64,000 bases of DNA from an uncultured bacterium (lineage in GTDB: Bacteria > Verrucomicrobiota > Verrucomicrobiia > Verrucomicrobiales > DEV007), in the NCBI GenBank assembly GCA_963977015.1, contig CAXBMO010000015.1, positions 32,001 to 96,000 on the forward strand, in the 5' to 3' direction. A program made the position numbers and the translations under genes. Positions within the stretch are counted from its first letter, which is position 1. Each line of letters begins with the position of its first letter. This document shows, piece by piece, positions 46,744 to 56,944 of this stretch. A model generated the notes under the pieces. It worked only from the letters and a program-made list of their open reading frames with translations, was not told the origin of the DNA and did no database searches.

Positions 46744-47415
46744 ATGCTGGTCCCGACCATGAAATTCCCTCCCAAAGCTTTCCCTTGCCTGTTCGCAGGA
46801 TTCGTTGCGTTCGTATTCACCGGCGGACCCGTCTGCGCCCAACAGGGAAGCCAGCGCGAAGGGGGACCTTTTGTCCGCATGGTACGCCACAATGACGGCA
46901 GCCGCACCGTGACGGCAAGATCGGAGCTCGACCCCGGCTCCTCTCTCAATCTCGGGAAATCGCAGACGATCTCGACCTACGATCCCGAAGGAGACCTGCG
47001 CCTGAAACGCATTTACCAGCTCAACAAATACGGAAAGCCGGAAACGTTTATCATCTCCGACGGTGCGGGCCGGCCCTTGGTCGAGGGATTGTTCACCTAC
47101 GATTTGCAGAACCGGCTCGAGAAGGAAGAACTCTTCGAATTGCCCTCCAAACGCCCGTTGCGAACCCAGATTCACAGCTACACCGCTGGGAATTACGGAA
47201 CCGTAAGGACCGTGAATCACGGCCCGCTTCCCCCGGAATTGCTGCGTTGGATGGATCCGGACGGAAACGTGGCCGGCGTAAAATCGGAGGAAACCAGTGA
47301 TAGCTGCAGCGTGTGGAACCTGGGGGCACGCAAGAAATCCCAGCAAAACGCAGCGGGAGACGGCAACGAGGATGAAGGCGGACTCTTCAGTCGCTTTCGG
47401 AAGAAGAAGAAATGA
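46744..47415 (+). CDS. Secreted hypothetical protein (start at 46744 or 46759)
   Basis: Signal-peptide-like N-terminus, beta-rich body with YD-like motifs, basic C-terminal tail. Confidence 0.6.
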   Translation: MLVPTMKFPPKAFPCLFAGFVAFVFTGGPVCAQQGSQREGGPFVRMVRHNDGSRTVTARSELDPGSSLNLGKSQTISTYDPEGDLRLKRIYQLNKYGKPETFIISDGAGRPLVEGLFTYDLQNRLEKEELFELPSKRPLRTQIHSYTAGNYGTVRTVNHGPLPPELLRWMDPDGNVAGVKSEETSDSCSVWNLGARKKSQQNAAGDGNEDEGGLFSRFRKKKK

Positions 47416-47642
47416 TTTCGGGACCCGCGAGGGATTTGGTCTCGATTCTTCTCGTCGCGATCGCGATTGGCGGATGCTGCTACGGCCTCTATTGGCGCCT
47501 CCAGGCAGGCGCAAACCAGGCCAACGTGAACAACGATCAACAGATCCTCGACCTTTACCGCAAGCTCGAACAGGTCGAAGCGGTCAATGACCGCCTTCTG
47601 GAGCGAATCGCCGAATTGGAGCAGTCCGAACCGGCAAAATAA
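47412..47642 (+). CDS. Small membrane protein with coiled-coil tail
   Basis: ATGA overlap with the upstream gene; TM helix followed by heptads. Confidence 0.6.
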   Translation: MISGPARDLVSILLVAIAIGGCCYGLYWRLQAGANQANVNNDQQILDLYRKLEQVEAVNDRLLERIAELEQSEPAK

Positions 47643-47764
47643 GTTTTTGAAATTTCCCCGGATTGATCGCTTTTTGACCGAAAAGGTAATAAATTACGCT
47701 TTCAAAAATCACCATAGGGTCGTATCAATATTCTAACAGGGGGCTTCCATGCACCCATCTTATT

Positions 47765-48346
47765 ATGAATACGATTGATATAGGAGGCTGTGGCAGGCTC
47801 TATCTGTCAAAATCTGGGAAGTGGCTCATTGGGGCTGTTTTACTGGGAATTGGGTTTTCAACTTCAACCGGGTGGGCGCAATCTTCGGAAACGCGCTTTG
47901 GCTTTGTCGAGAGGCAGGCCGGATTCAGCCAGGGATATGGCGTCTATAGCACCACTGCATTCCCTGCGGTAAACACCTACGGCTTTAAACATGCCGCCCT
48001 CGCCGTTGAGAAGGGGAAGAAAGTCGCGTTGCTCAGTAGCAGCGGATCGTCCCTCCCTTCCAGCAACGTCAATACCGGAGCAAGCGTTCCTCCACCAAAC
48101 TTGATGGTGGTTTCCGGCCGATCGGCCAGCTCGGCTTCCCGGGCAGCAACGACGTCGGCACCGCGCCGCAGGTTATTTGCCCGAAACACCGAAAGCGGCG
48201 TCAGCAAGGACGGGTTCTACATCCTTTCCAGAACGAATGGCAACCCGCCGAAATCTCAAACAGCGAACGTTCGTTCCACCACCACTTATTCGGAAAGCCC
48301 GGCTAAAAAGAGACTCGGCCTGAGAAATCTTTTCCGGCGGCGCTAA
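47765..48346 (+). CDS. Hypothetical exported Ser-rich protein
   Basis: 193-aa ORF with a signal-like segment, followed by a terminator. Confidence 0.5.
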   Translation: MNTIDIGGCGRLYLSKSGKWLIGAVLLGIGFSTSTGWAQSSETRFGFVERQAGFSQGYGVYSTTAFPAVNTYGFKHAALAVEKGKKVALLSSSGSSLPSSNVNTGASVPPPNLMVVSGRSASSASRAATTSAPRRRLFARNTESGVSKDGFYILSRTNGNPPKSQTANVRSTTTYSESPAKKRLGLRNLFRRR

Positions 48347-48376
48347 GTCGCCACGTGTTGTTGACTTGAAGTTTAC

Positions 48377-48410
48377 AAGTGCTGGTAGCGAAAGCTGCCA
48401 GCACTTTTTT
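48377..48410 (+). terminator. Intrinsic terminator
   Basis: AAGTGCTGGTAGC-GAAA-GCTGCCAGCACTTTTTT. Confidence 0.85.
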
Positions 48411-48435
48411 GTTGGGATCTTTGCGAGAGCCTCGT

Positions 48436-48642
48436 CAGAGCATTTAAAGTGAACTTGTAGCCAATGAAAATGACTGGGATCCAGAAAGAGTGCGGCTTCG
48501 CCGAAGGAAGAGTGACAGCGGAATCTTTGGCTTCCTGCTGCGTTCTTGCTCGGTCACAGAGCAAGCTCTGCTCCCTCACAACGCCTTGTAGGAAGCCAAA
48601 TCTCCTCGCTGCATTGGCTACACCTCCACTTGATATGCTCTA
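48436..48642. repeat. ~205-bp nested-palindromic element (MITE/REP-like or structured RNA)
   Basis: Nested pairings AGAGCAT/ATGCTCT, TGTAGCCAATG/CATTGGCTACA, CAGCG/CGCTG, TTTGGCTTCCT/AGGAAGCCAAA, GCGTT/AACGC and CTTGCTC/GAGCAAG. Confidence 0.7.
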
Positions 48643-48672
48643 ATAACCACCAATCCAACTCCAATTCTCCCC

Positions 48673-49335
48673 GTGCCAACATTTGACGCAATCATCTTCG
48701 ATATGGATGGGCTGCTCATCGATACCGAGCGAAAATCGAGAGCCGCCTGGCAATCCGCCGCCACTTCCATTGGGAAAACCCTAACCAATGAGCTCTATCT
48801 CGACATGGTGGGTCGAACCACCCCCAGTTGCCTTCAGGTCCTCGAAGAAGCATTTGGATGCGACCTGAAAAACAGCGGATTTCATCAAAAGGTCGAGCAC
48901 CACTATTACACCAGCATTTTCAAAGAAGGGATCGAAGTCAAAACGGGAGTGCCCTCCCTGCTTCAGGAGCTGCGCATCCGGGAAATCCCGCGTGCGGTTG
49001 CAACTTCGACCAATCGCCAGATTGCGCTCCGCAAGTTGAGAATCACGGAGCTGGACACCTTCTTTGCAGTGGTTTGTTCCGGAGAAGATGTGGCCCGCTC
49101 CAAACCCTTTCCCGATGTCTTTCTCGCCGCTGCGGAAGCGATTGGAGTCGCTCCGGAGCGGTGCCTCGTCCTGGAAGATTCCTTCGCCGGAGTTCGAGCC
49201 GCTCATGCCGCCGGGATGGCACCGATCATGATCCCGGATCTGCGCCAACCCGATTCAGAAATCGAAGCCCTGGCTTTCCACATCTTTCCGACCATGAGCG
49301 CGGCGGCTGACACGATTGTTGAGCTGGTGACCTAA
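48673..49335 (+). CDS. HAD-superfamily phosphatase (beta-PGM-like)
   Basis: FDMDGLLIDTE, ATST, KPFPD and LEDS..G motifs. Confidence 0.92.
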   Translation: MPTFDAIIFDMDGLLIDTERKSRAAWQSAATSIGKTLTNELYLDMVGRTTPSCLQVLEEAFGCDLKNSGFHQKVEHHYYTSIFKEGIEVKTGVPSLLQELRIREIPRAVATSTNRQIALRKLRITELDTFFAVVCSGEDVARSKPFPDVFLAAAEAIGVAPERCLVLEDSFAGVRAAHAAGMAPIMIPDLRQPDSEIEALAFHIFPTMSAAADTIVELVT

Positions 49336-49349
49336 CTCGGTGCGGAGCG

Positions 49350-49889
49350 CTATGCTTCCTTTTCCTCAAGCCGCGCAAGCAACCAACAAACATCCGACAA
49401 CCGGTTCAGGTGTTGTAGGATGGAGATGTTTTTGAAATCACCTTCGTCGATCCGCTCCGCAACGTGACGTTCGGCACGGCGACAGGCGGTTCTGGCGACA
49501 TCCAATGCGGCTCCGGCCGGCGATCCGGCTGCGCCAGGCACGGCCCAGGTCATAAAGCTGATTTCGTATTTTCCTTCCAACTCGGCCACCCAGGCATCCA
49601 GCTTCTCCACTGCGGCTTGCGTGATTCGTTGAAAGCCTTTTTCATCGAATTGTGGCAAGTCTTCGTCCAGGGTCGCGATTTCCCCCATCATAATTACGAG
49701 GTCGGCCTGGGTCTCGGCAATGCATTCGCCGGTCCAGGGATGCGTCGCGGCAACCCGGGCCATGCCCAACGCGGCGTTCAACTCATCAATAGCACCATTC
49801 GTCACCACCCGTGGATGGGTTTTGGAGACGCGGCGTCCAAACATCAGTCCGGTCTCGCCGGCGTCGCCTGTTCTCGTGGAAATGGACAT
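49350..49889 (-). CDS. PduO-type cob(I)alamin adenosyltransferase
   Basis: TRTGDAGETGL, GAIDELNA, ARTACRRAER and LNRLSD..W.LAR motifs; ATG at 49889. Confidence 0.92.
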   Translation of the reverse strand: MSISTRTGDAGETGLMFGRRVSKTHPRVVTNGAIDELNAALGMARVAATHPWTGECIAETQADLVIMMGEIATLDEDLPQFDEKGFQRITQAAVEKLDAWVAELEGKYEISFMTWAVPGAAGSPAGAALDVARTACRRAERHVAERIDEGDFKNISILQHLNRLSDVCWLLARLEEKEA

Positions 49890-49900
49890 TGGGCAGCTCG

Positions 49901-51280
49901 TTAGACGGTCAATTTGGAGAGCATCATCGATGCGAGATTGAGTACGAGGAAGAACCCGCACATGTCGGTCGCCGTTGTCAAAATGGGACCCGATGCTAGG
50001 GCCGGGTCGATTTTGAAACGTTTCAGAATGAGCGGGACCATCCCTCCAAGAAGAACGGACAGCATCGTATTGAGCGTGAGCGCGCCACCAACCACCAGCC
50101 CCAACCAGACATTGCTTTTCCAAAGCCCGGCGATGCTTCCGAGAATGAGGCCGAGAATCAATCCGTTGATGATCCCGAGAACGCCCTCCTTGAACACAAT
50201 CCGAAGATACTCCGTGGGTCGAATCAGGCCAAGCGTCAGTTCCCGAATGCTCACCGCGACTGCCTGGTTTCCTGAACACCCGCTCATGTCGGAAATGATC
50301 GGCAAAAAGATCGCCAGTGCGATCACTGCCTGCAGCGTATCTTCATGCATCGCAATGACACTCGCGGCAACCAGGTTGAGCACGATGTTTGGCGCAAGCC
50401 AGGCCAGCCGTCGGCGGGAGCGGAGAAACATCGGCATGCTCCGGAGTTCCTCACCCCCCACAATTCCGCTGACGTGAAGGTAGTCCTCGGTCTGGTGGTG
50501 CGCCGTCGCGTCAATCACCGACTGATGACTGATAACGCCTTTCAACACCTTCTCTCCATCGACGACGGGTAGACCAATGTAGGACTTCTCTTCAAAAATC
50601 GTCTTCAAGGCTTCAAAACTGTCGCTCACCGACGCAAAACTTGGGTTGGGCAGCATGATCTTCGTCACGGCGCGGTCTCCCGGGGTCATCACCAGATCCC
50701 GCAGTCGCAGGACGCCCTTGAGTTCCCCTTCATCCCCGACCACATACACATACTGCACGTCCAAGTCTTTGTAGCGGTCTGCGTTCTTGCCCAATTCCTT
50801 CACCACATCTGCAACCGTCAGGCTATCGCGAACCGCGGCATAGGAATCCGACATGAGTCCGCCCGCGGTATCCCAAGGGTAGTTGGAACGTTCGCGAAGA
50901 TTGTCCGCCTCGACCGAATCGTCCATCTCCGCGAGAAGCGCTTCGGAGTCGTCGTTGTCCATCTCGCGCAGGAGATCGGCCCCAACGTCATCGGGCAGTT
51001 GCTCAACGATGTCGGCAGCTGCGGAAGCCGCAATGTCTTCAAGAATGTCCTTCGCCTGAACTTCGGGAAGGTGCTCCAGAAGTTCTGCGGCAACCTCCGG
51101 TTCCAGCAACTCAACCAGTTGATTCCGGCTTTCATCGTTGAGGTGAGCGATCAGGTGGCGTTGATCCTCCGCAGAAAGCCCCTCCAGAATCTCAGTGATC
51201 CGGAATTGATCATCGCTCTCTACAAGTTTGGTGAGTTCATCCCAGAGGCGAACCTCTTCATGTTCGGTGGCAGTCGGCAT
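49901..51280 (-). CDS. mgtE: Magnesium transporter MgtE
   Basis: Acidic N-domain, two CBS domains, RRLAWL, SGCSGNQA and DPALASGP..TT.TD motifs. Confidence 0.95.
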   Translation of the reverse strand: MPTATEHEEVRLWDELTKLVESDDQFRITEILEGLSAEDQRHLIAHLNDESRNQLVELLEPEVAAELLEHLPEVQAKDILEDIAASAAADIVEQLPDDVGADLLREMDNDDSEALLAEMDDSVEADNLRERSNYPWDTAGGLMSDSYAAVRDSLTVADVVKELGKNADRYKDLDVQYVYVVGDEGELKGVLRLRDLVMTPGDRAVTKIMLPNPSFASVSDSFEALKTIFEEKSYIGLPVVDGEKVLKGVISHQSVIDATAHHQTEDYLHVSGIVGGEELRSMPMFLRSRRRLAWLAPNIVLNLVAASVIAMHEDTLQAVIALAIFLPIISDMSGCSGNQAVAVSIRELTLGLIRPTEYLRIVFKEGVLGIINGLILGLILGSIAGLWKSNVWLGLVVGGALTLNTMLSVLLGGMVPLILKRFKIDPALASGPILTTATDMCGFFLVLNLASMMLSKLTV

Positions 51281-51492
51281 CGTGTTCGAAGGGCAAAAAG
51301 CTCAAGCGCGTGGGCTCCCATCGGGTTGAACCAAGCCATCGCGCTCATTTGGCTGTGCTACGTTGCACGAACATCCCGGCGATTCCAACGAATCAGCCGA
51401 CGGATTCCTCCCCCTGTTGCCGGGAGAGCTGGCGCGTGTTTTGGCTTCTCACTTGCACCTCCGGTTCGCCTGTTCATAGTTCGCGGCTCATC

Positions 51493-52743
51493 ATGGCACT
51501 GATCGTCCAGAAATACGGCGGCACCTCCGTTGGCACAGCGGAGCGCATCCGCAATGTGGCGCGACGCATCCTGGAAACCCAGAAAGCGGGCAACCAGGTC
51601 GTGGCCGTCGTTTCGGCAATGAGCGGCGAAACCAACCGAATGGTGGCATTGGCCGATGAAGTGAGCGGCGGCAATCCCACGGAACGCGAAGTCGATGTGC
51701 TTCTTGCGACCGGTGAACAGGCGAGCATCGCGTTGACGGCAATGGCGATCAACTCGATGGGCGGCAAAGCGGCTTCGATGACCGGTTCCCAAGCTGGAAT
51801 TTCAACCGATGGCGTTCACACCAAGGCGCGAATCGACACCATTAATCCCGTGCGCGTCCACGAGCTGCTCGAGAGCGGTCATATCGTGATTTTGGCGGGA
51901 TTTCAGGGAACGACGAGCGACGGACGCATCACCACGCTGGGCAGGGGAGGGTCCGACCTGACCGCAATTGCGATGGCCGCGGCAACCAAAGCGGATCTCT
52001 GCCAGATTTTCACGGACGTCGATGGCGTCTACACCTGCGACCCGCGCATCGTCAAAGATGCGACCAAACTCGATGAAATCGCCTACGATGAGTTGTTGGA
52101 AATGGCCAGCAGCGGCACCAAGGTGATGCAATCGCGATCGGTCGAGTTCGCGAAAAAGTATGGAGTGGTTTTCGAAGTTCGAAGCAGCCTCAACAACAAC
52201 CCCGGAACCCTTGTCAAAGAAGAAGATATGAGCATGGAAGCCGTCGTCATCCGCGGCGTCAGTCTGGAACGCGATCAGGCGAAAGTCACGATCAGCAACG
52301 TCAAAGACACGCCCGGCATCGCTACGAAAATCTTCGCCCCACTCGCTGAAGCCCAGCTGATCGTGGATATGATTGTGCAAAACGTCTCCACGACCAAGGA
52401 AAAGGGCGTGACCGACATTTCGTTCACCCTGAACAAGGCTGAACTCGCCAAAGCGGAAGCCGCCTTGGAACCACTCCTGGAGTCGCTCGGCGATGAAGTC
52501 GATGTTTTGGCAACGGACGGCATCGCGAAATTGAGCGTCGTGGGTATCGGCATGCGCTCACACTCCGGAGTCGCTTCCCAGATGTTCGACGCGCTGGCCA
52601 AGGCTGGAGTCAACATTCAGATGATCTCAACCTCAGAGATCAAAACCGCCGTGATCATTGACGAAGCGGACATCGAAAGAGCCGCCAACGTGGTTCACGA
52701 AGCGTTTGGCCTCTCCGGAAAACCGGTTGACGAAACGGCCTAG
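51493..52743 (+). CDS. lysC: Aspartate kinase
   Basis: VQKYGGTSV, VVSAM, TLGRGGSD, TDVDGVYT.DPR and two ACT domains; ATG at 51493. Confidence 0.95.
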   Translation: MALIVQKYGGTSVGTAERIRNVARRILETQKAGNQVVAVVSAMSGETNRMVALADEVSGGNPTEREVDVLLATGEQASIALTAMAINSMGGKAASMTGSQAGISTDGVHTKARIDTINPVRVHELLESGHIVILAGFQGTTSDGRITTLGRGGSDLTAIAMAAATKADLCQIFTDVDGVYTCDPRIVKDATKLDEIAYDELLEMASSGTKVMQSRSVEFAKKYGVVFEVRSSLNNNPGTLVKEEDMSMEAVVIRGVSLERDQAKVTISNVKDTPGIATKIFAPLAEAQLIVDMIVQNVSTTKEKGVTDISFTLNKAELAKAEAALEPLLESLGDEVDVLATDGIAKLSVVGIGMRSHSGVASQMFDALAKAGVNIQMISTSEIKTAVIIDEADIERAANVVHEAFGLSGKPVDETA

Positions 52744-52860
52744 GATTTTCACCAATCCGGCTTTGAACGTTCCCAAATCCCATTTGTCTGCTTTTTGCGC
52801 GGAAAGTCACGCTGCAGCACGTGATTTCGCCATCCTATCGCGCTCAAACTCCCCAATTTC

Positions 52861-55473
52861 ATGATGACATCCCGAACTCTCGTTTTCCTCGCCCTCCTGC
52901 CGCTATCACTCGCATTCGCGCAAAAAGGCGACCGCAAAGGTCACGTGATGACGCCTCCGCCTGAGGAATGGAACATCCCGTCACCGGTTTTGGAGCCTGC
53001 CGACGCGCTGAAGTCGTTCCAATTCGGCGAACCCGGATTCACCCTCGAGATCGTCGCAACCGAGCCGCTGATTCGCAATCCCGTCTGCATCACGTTTGAT
53101 GGCAACGGTCGCCCCTGGGTTTGTGAAATGCGTTCCTACATGCCGAACATCGATGGAACCGGCGAAGATGCCCGGCTCGGCCGAATCACCATTCTTGAAG
53201 ACACCGATGGAGACGGTCAGGCGGATGAAGCGAAGGTCTTTCTCGACAATCTGCTTTTGCCTCGCGCCCTTCAGTTCGTTGATGGCGGTATCCTTTGGGC
53301 CGATCAGGAGAAACTTTATTTTACGGAGCGCAACGGCGACGAGGCTGGCGAAACCACCGTGATCGATCCCGATTGGGCTCCCAGCGGCAATGTGGAGCAC
53401 AAATCAAACGGGCTGCTCTACGGCATGGACAACTGGCTTTACAACGCCAAGAGCGACATGCGATACCGCAAGGTCGATGGGGAATGGATCAAGGAAAAGA
53501 TCCAGTTCCGCGGACAATGGGGCATCTCGCAGGATGATTTTGGCCGCATTGTCACCAACACCAACTCGAACCTGTTGGCCATGGAAACCGTTCCGCCGGG
53601 CTACGTGAAGCGCAATCCCAATCACAGCTTTCAAACCAACACCGTCGCCAAGATGGACAACCGCGTCTACCCGATCCGCATCACCTGCGGCGTGAACCGC
53701 GGTTACATGAAAGGCACGTTGAACGAAAACGGCTTCCTCGCCAAGGCGACGGGCACCTGCGGGATGACGATCTATCGCGGCGACAATTTTCCTGAGGAAT
53801 ACCAGGGCAATGCCTTCATTCCCGAGCCATGCGGGCTGTTGGTGAAGCGGGCGATTCTTTCCGAAACCGATGGCAAAATTTCAGCGCGACCCGCCTATGA
53901 AGGCCGGGAATTTCTCGGAAGCCTGGATGAGCGGAACCGCTTCGTGAACAGCTACACGGCTCCTGACGGAACCCTCTACCTCGTCGATATCTACCACGGC
54001 ATCATCCAGCACAAGACCTACGTCACCAGCTATCTTCGCAAGCAGCTGGTTGAACGCGGGATCGACAAAAACAACAACGATCGCGGACGCATTTATCGCG
54101 TGCGCTGGAGCGAGAATCCCCGCAGCGAACTTCCAACCATGGAGGACGCCTCCAGCTCCGATCTCGTCGCTCACCTCGATCACCCCAATGGCTGGTGGCG
54201 CGATACCGCACAGCGGCTGATTGTTCAGCGTGGCGATGATGCCTGCGTCCCAGCCCTTCGCGCCTCCCTGCAAACCGCCGGACCGAAAGGCCAAATGCAT
54301 GCGTTGTGGACCTTGGAAGGCCTCGGGCAGCTTTCGATTTCCGATCTCGAAATCGCCGCTGGCAGCAGCGAACCCAAGTTGCTGGCGACCGTCGCTCGCG
54401 TCGCAGAAAGCTTTCAGAACACCGACGATGAAGCTGCCGCCGCCAAGGTGCTGGGTTCGATCGCGAGCCACTCACCGGGCCTGGAGGTCGATCGCTACCT
54501 CGCCGCCGCGCTGGCCACGTTTCAATCCTCCGGTCAGGCCGTCTCCCAGCAATTGCTGGCCGACATCCTCATGCACCACAACGGTGACGGCGATAGGCTA
54601 ATTCGCGACATGGCCATGAGTGGGCTTTCCGGCCGCGAACTGGAATTCGCCAAAATCGCGCTGCGCGATAATTTGGAAATCACGACCGATCTCGTCCGCG
54701 CAATCGTCAATTCCGGCAAACCGGAGCTTACCAAGCAACTCATCGCCTTGGTAACGGATGATTCCGTCGATCCCTCACGCCAATCCAAGCTGATTCATGA
54801 AATTGCCCGGAGCGCCGTTGCCAAGCGTAGTGCCGGAATTACCGCTGATTTGCTCGTCCTGGCTACGGAAGATTCCCGGCGCAAACCCATTCTCGATGGG
54901 ATGATTTCGGGTGGTAAAACCAAGGGGTTCAAGCAAATCGCCATGAACGCCGCCCTTCCGGAATTCCTCACCGACGTCGATTCGGCGGAGAACAAGCAAT
55001 ACGCCTCCGTCGTCAAGCTGTTCGACACGTCCGGTCAATCGGAGAAGAATTACATTCAAACCGCAGAGCAGAAGCGGCTCTACGCGCTTGGCAAAACGGA
55101 ATACGCCAAGCTCTGCATTGCCTGCCACCAGCCCCATGGCCAGGGCATGGCGCCACTGGCCCCACCGCTCGTCGATTCGGAATGGGTGACCGGACCGGAG
55201 CGCCGGTTGATCGCGATCACGATGGAAGGAATGATGGGACCGCTGACCGTGAACGGGACTCTCTATCAGGCGCCCGACATCCAGCCGGTCATGCCCGGAA
55301 TCCGGGTCAATCCCGAGATCAACGACGAGGAACTCGCCGCGATTCTCACCTACGTGCGCAACACCTGGGGCAATCACGCTCCCCCGGTTTCGGCCAAGGC
55401 CGTTGCCGAGTGGCGCAATGAGGAAAGCCCGCGTGCGCCGTTTACCGAGAAAGAGGCACGTTCGATCAAGTAG
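52861..55473 (+). CDS. PVC-type heme-binding membrane-bound dehydrogenase-like protein (beta-propeller, HEAT repeats, cytochrome c)
   Basis: ATEPLIRNPV, DTDGDG.AD, NGL.YGMDNWLY, RGRIYRV, HPNGWWRDTAQRL, CIACHQ and ILTYVRN.WGN motifs. Confidence 0.85.
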   Translation: MMTSRTLVFLALLPLSLAFAQKGDRKGHVMTPPPEEWNIPSPVLEPADALKSFQFGEPGFTLEIVATEPLIRNPVCITFDGNGRPWVCEMRSYMPNIDGTGEDARLGRITILEDTDGDGQADEAKVFLDNLLLPRALQFVDGGILWADQEKLYFTERNGDEAGETTVIDPDWAPSGNVEHKSNGLLYGMDNWLYNAKSDMRYRKVDGEWIKEKIQFRGQWGISQDDFGRIVTNTNSNLLAMETVPPGYVKRNPNHSFQTNTVAKMDNRVYPIRITCGVNRGYMKGTLNENGFLAKATGTCGMTIYRGDNFPEEYQGNAFIPEPCGLLVKRAILSETDGKISARPAYEGREFLGSLDERNRFVNSYTAPDGTLYLVDIYHGIIQHKTYVTSYLRKQLVERGIDKNNNDRGRIYRVRWSENPRSELPTMEDASSSDLVAHLDHPNGWWRDTAQRLIVQRGDDACVPALRASLQTAGPKGQMHALWTLEGLGQLSISDLEIAAGSSEPKLLATVARVAESFQNTDDEAAAAKVLGSIASHSPGLEVDRYLAAALATFQSSGQAVSQQLLADILMHHNGDGDRLIRDMAMSGLSGRELEFAKIALRDNLEITTDLVRAIVNSGKPELTKQLIALVTDDSVDPSRQSKLIHEIARSAVAKRSAGITADLLVLATEDSRRKPILDGMISGGKTKGFKQIAMNAALPEFLTDVDSAENKQYASVVKLFDTSGQSEKNYIQTAEQKRLYALGKTEYAKLCIACHQPHGQGMAPLAPPLVDSEWVTGPERRLIAITMEGMMGPLTVNGTLYQAPDIQPVMPGIRVNPEINDEELAAILTYVRNTWGNHAPPVSAKAVAEWRNEESPRAPFTEKEARSIK

Positions 55474-55496
55474 CCTCCCAAGCGTGGACTGACTCC

Positions 55497-56150
55497 GTGA
55501 ATTCGAAACCCATGATCGAGCTTCGCGGAATCGGTCTCGATTTTGGGGAACGGTCCGTCCTCGACGATTTCAACCTTTCCATTTCGGAAGGCGAAAAGGT
55601 CGTGATTCGGGGAAAGTCCGGGACCGGCAAATCGTCGCTCCTGCGATTGGTGCTCGGCTTTGTCCAACCATCGAGAGGGGAGGTGAGCTATCGTGGCCAG
55701 CCGCTTTCGCCGGAAATCGCCTGGTCCCTGCGCCGCGAGGTCGCCTACGTGAATCAAGGCGTGGACCTGGAATCGGGAACGGTCGCAACCGCGCTTTCCG
55801 CCATCTGTCGGCTTCGCTCCTGCGATGCACCTCCCGAAACCGCCGCGATGAAGGAAGCGCTCGCCGTCTTCGAGTTCGACGCCTCACAGTTGTCCCAGAA
55901 AACTTCAGAGCTCTCCGGTGGCGAACAGCAGCGGATCGCCCTCGCGGCAGCCCTGCTCCTGCAACGGGAGATCGTCATTCTCGATGAACCAACCGCTTCC
56001 CTTGATGAGGGTCTCACCAACGTGGTCGCGCAGTATTTTCTGGAGACCTATCCCGGAACCACGTTGGTCGTGAGTCATGACGACGCCTGGTTCCAGCCAG
56101 AGCGCGCAACGATCGTGAACTTCGACACGCTTAAATCGATCGCCGCATGA
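55497..56150 (+). CDS. fetA: ABC transporter ATP-binding protein (FetA/YbbL-like)
   Basis: GKSGTGKS, LSGGEQQR, ILDEPT and VSHD motifs; coupled to a fetB-like gene. Confidence 0.75.
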   Translation: MNSKPMIELRGIGLDFGERSVLDDFNLSISEGEKVVIRGKSGTGKSSLLRLVLGFVQPSRGEVSYRGQPLSPEIAWSLRREVAYVNQGVDLESGTVATALSAICRLRSCDAPPETAAMKEALAVFEFDASQLSQKTSELSGGEQQRIALAAALLLQREIVILDEPTASLDEGLTNVVAQYFLETYPGTTLVVSHDDAWFQPERATIVNFDTLKSIAA

Positions 56151-56938
56151 GTGGTGCCACCGACCTTTCCATCGGGTCGCTCGTCGCTGCGTTTGCCCTG
56201 CTTTCGATCCCGATCGCGTTCAGCATAACCTTGAAGCTGGGTATCGTTCGCGAATCCATCATCGCGTCGATCCGGATGGGGGTTCAGCTGTTCCTCGCCG
56301 GGCTCTATCTCACGTGGCTTTTCAAGATCAACAACCCGGCGCTCAACATCATCTGGATTCTCTTCATGATGCTGGTCGCCTCCCTCACCACGGTTCAGAA
56401 AAGCGATTTGCGTCCCCGCTACCTGCTCGGTCCGGTTTGCGTTGCCACGTTTGTCGCGACCATCGGCGTCGTTCTCTACTTCAACGGTTTCATCGCCCGG
56501 GTCGATCGCCTTTTTGAGGCCCGATACCTCGTTGTGATCGGAGGGATGGTGTTGGGAAACTCGCTTCACGGTAACATTGTCAGTTTGACCCATTTTTACA
56601 GCGCGCTCCGCGATCGCGAAGAACGCTTTCTCTACTTCCTCGGCAACGGCGCGACGCTGCAGGAAGCGGTTCGTCCCTTCTTTCGGGAATCGATGATTCG
56701 GGCGCTCAAACCGACCCTGGCGAGCATGGCAACAATCGGACTGGTCGCGCTTCCCGGCATGATGACCGGTCAAATGCTCGGGGGCTCCGATCCCCTCGTT
56801 GCGATCAAGTACCAGATCGCGATCATGCTCACCATTTTTTCATCGGTCACCGTGAGCACCGCTTTGGCGATCTACCTGAGCAGTCGTTCCGCCTTCGATC
56901 GCTACGGTATTTTGCGACCGAAGATCTTTCGCGATTGA
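56147..56938 (+). CDS. fetB: ABC permease FetB/YbbM (UPF0014)
   Basis: RMGVQL, GMVLGNS, GLVALPGMMTGQMLGG.DPL.A.KYQI motifs. Confidence 0.88.
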   Translation: MSGATDLSIGSLVAAFALLSIPIAFSITLKLGIVRESIIASIRMGVQLFLAGLYLTWLFKINNPALNIIWILFMMLVASLTTVQKSDLRPRYLLGPVCVATFVATIGVVLYFNGFIARVDRLFEARYLVVIGGMVLGNSLHGNIVSLTHFYSALRDREERFLYFLGNGATLQEAVRPFFRESMIRALKPTLASMATIGLVALPGMMTGQMLGGSDPLVAIKYQIAIMLTIFSSVTVSTALAIYLSSRSAFDRYGILRPKIFRD

Positions 56939-56944
56939 GTCGGC

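Noticed and set aside
48373-48579. 68-aa minus-strand ORF over the palindromic element
   Set aside because: It runs through a terminator and the inverted-repeat element and has no protein-like features.
49350-50279. Long N-terminal extensions in the ORF track (here, and for folP to 46949, lysC from 51310, 41280, 26793 and kdgK to 11039)
   Set aside because: The extensions overlap neighbouring genes or run upstream of the conserved family N-termini, so downstream ATGs were chosen.
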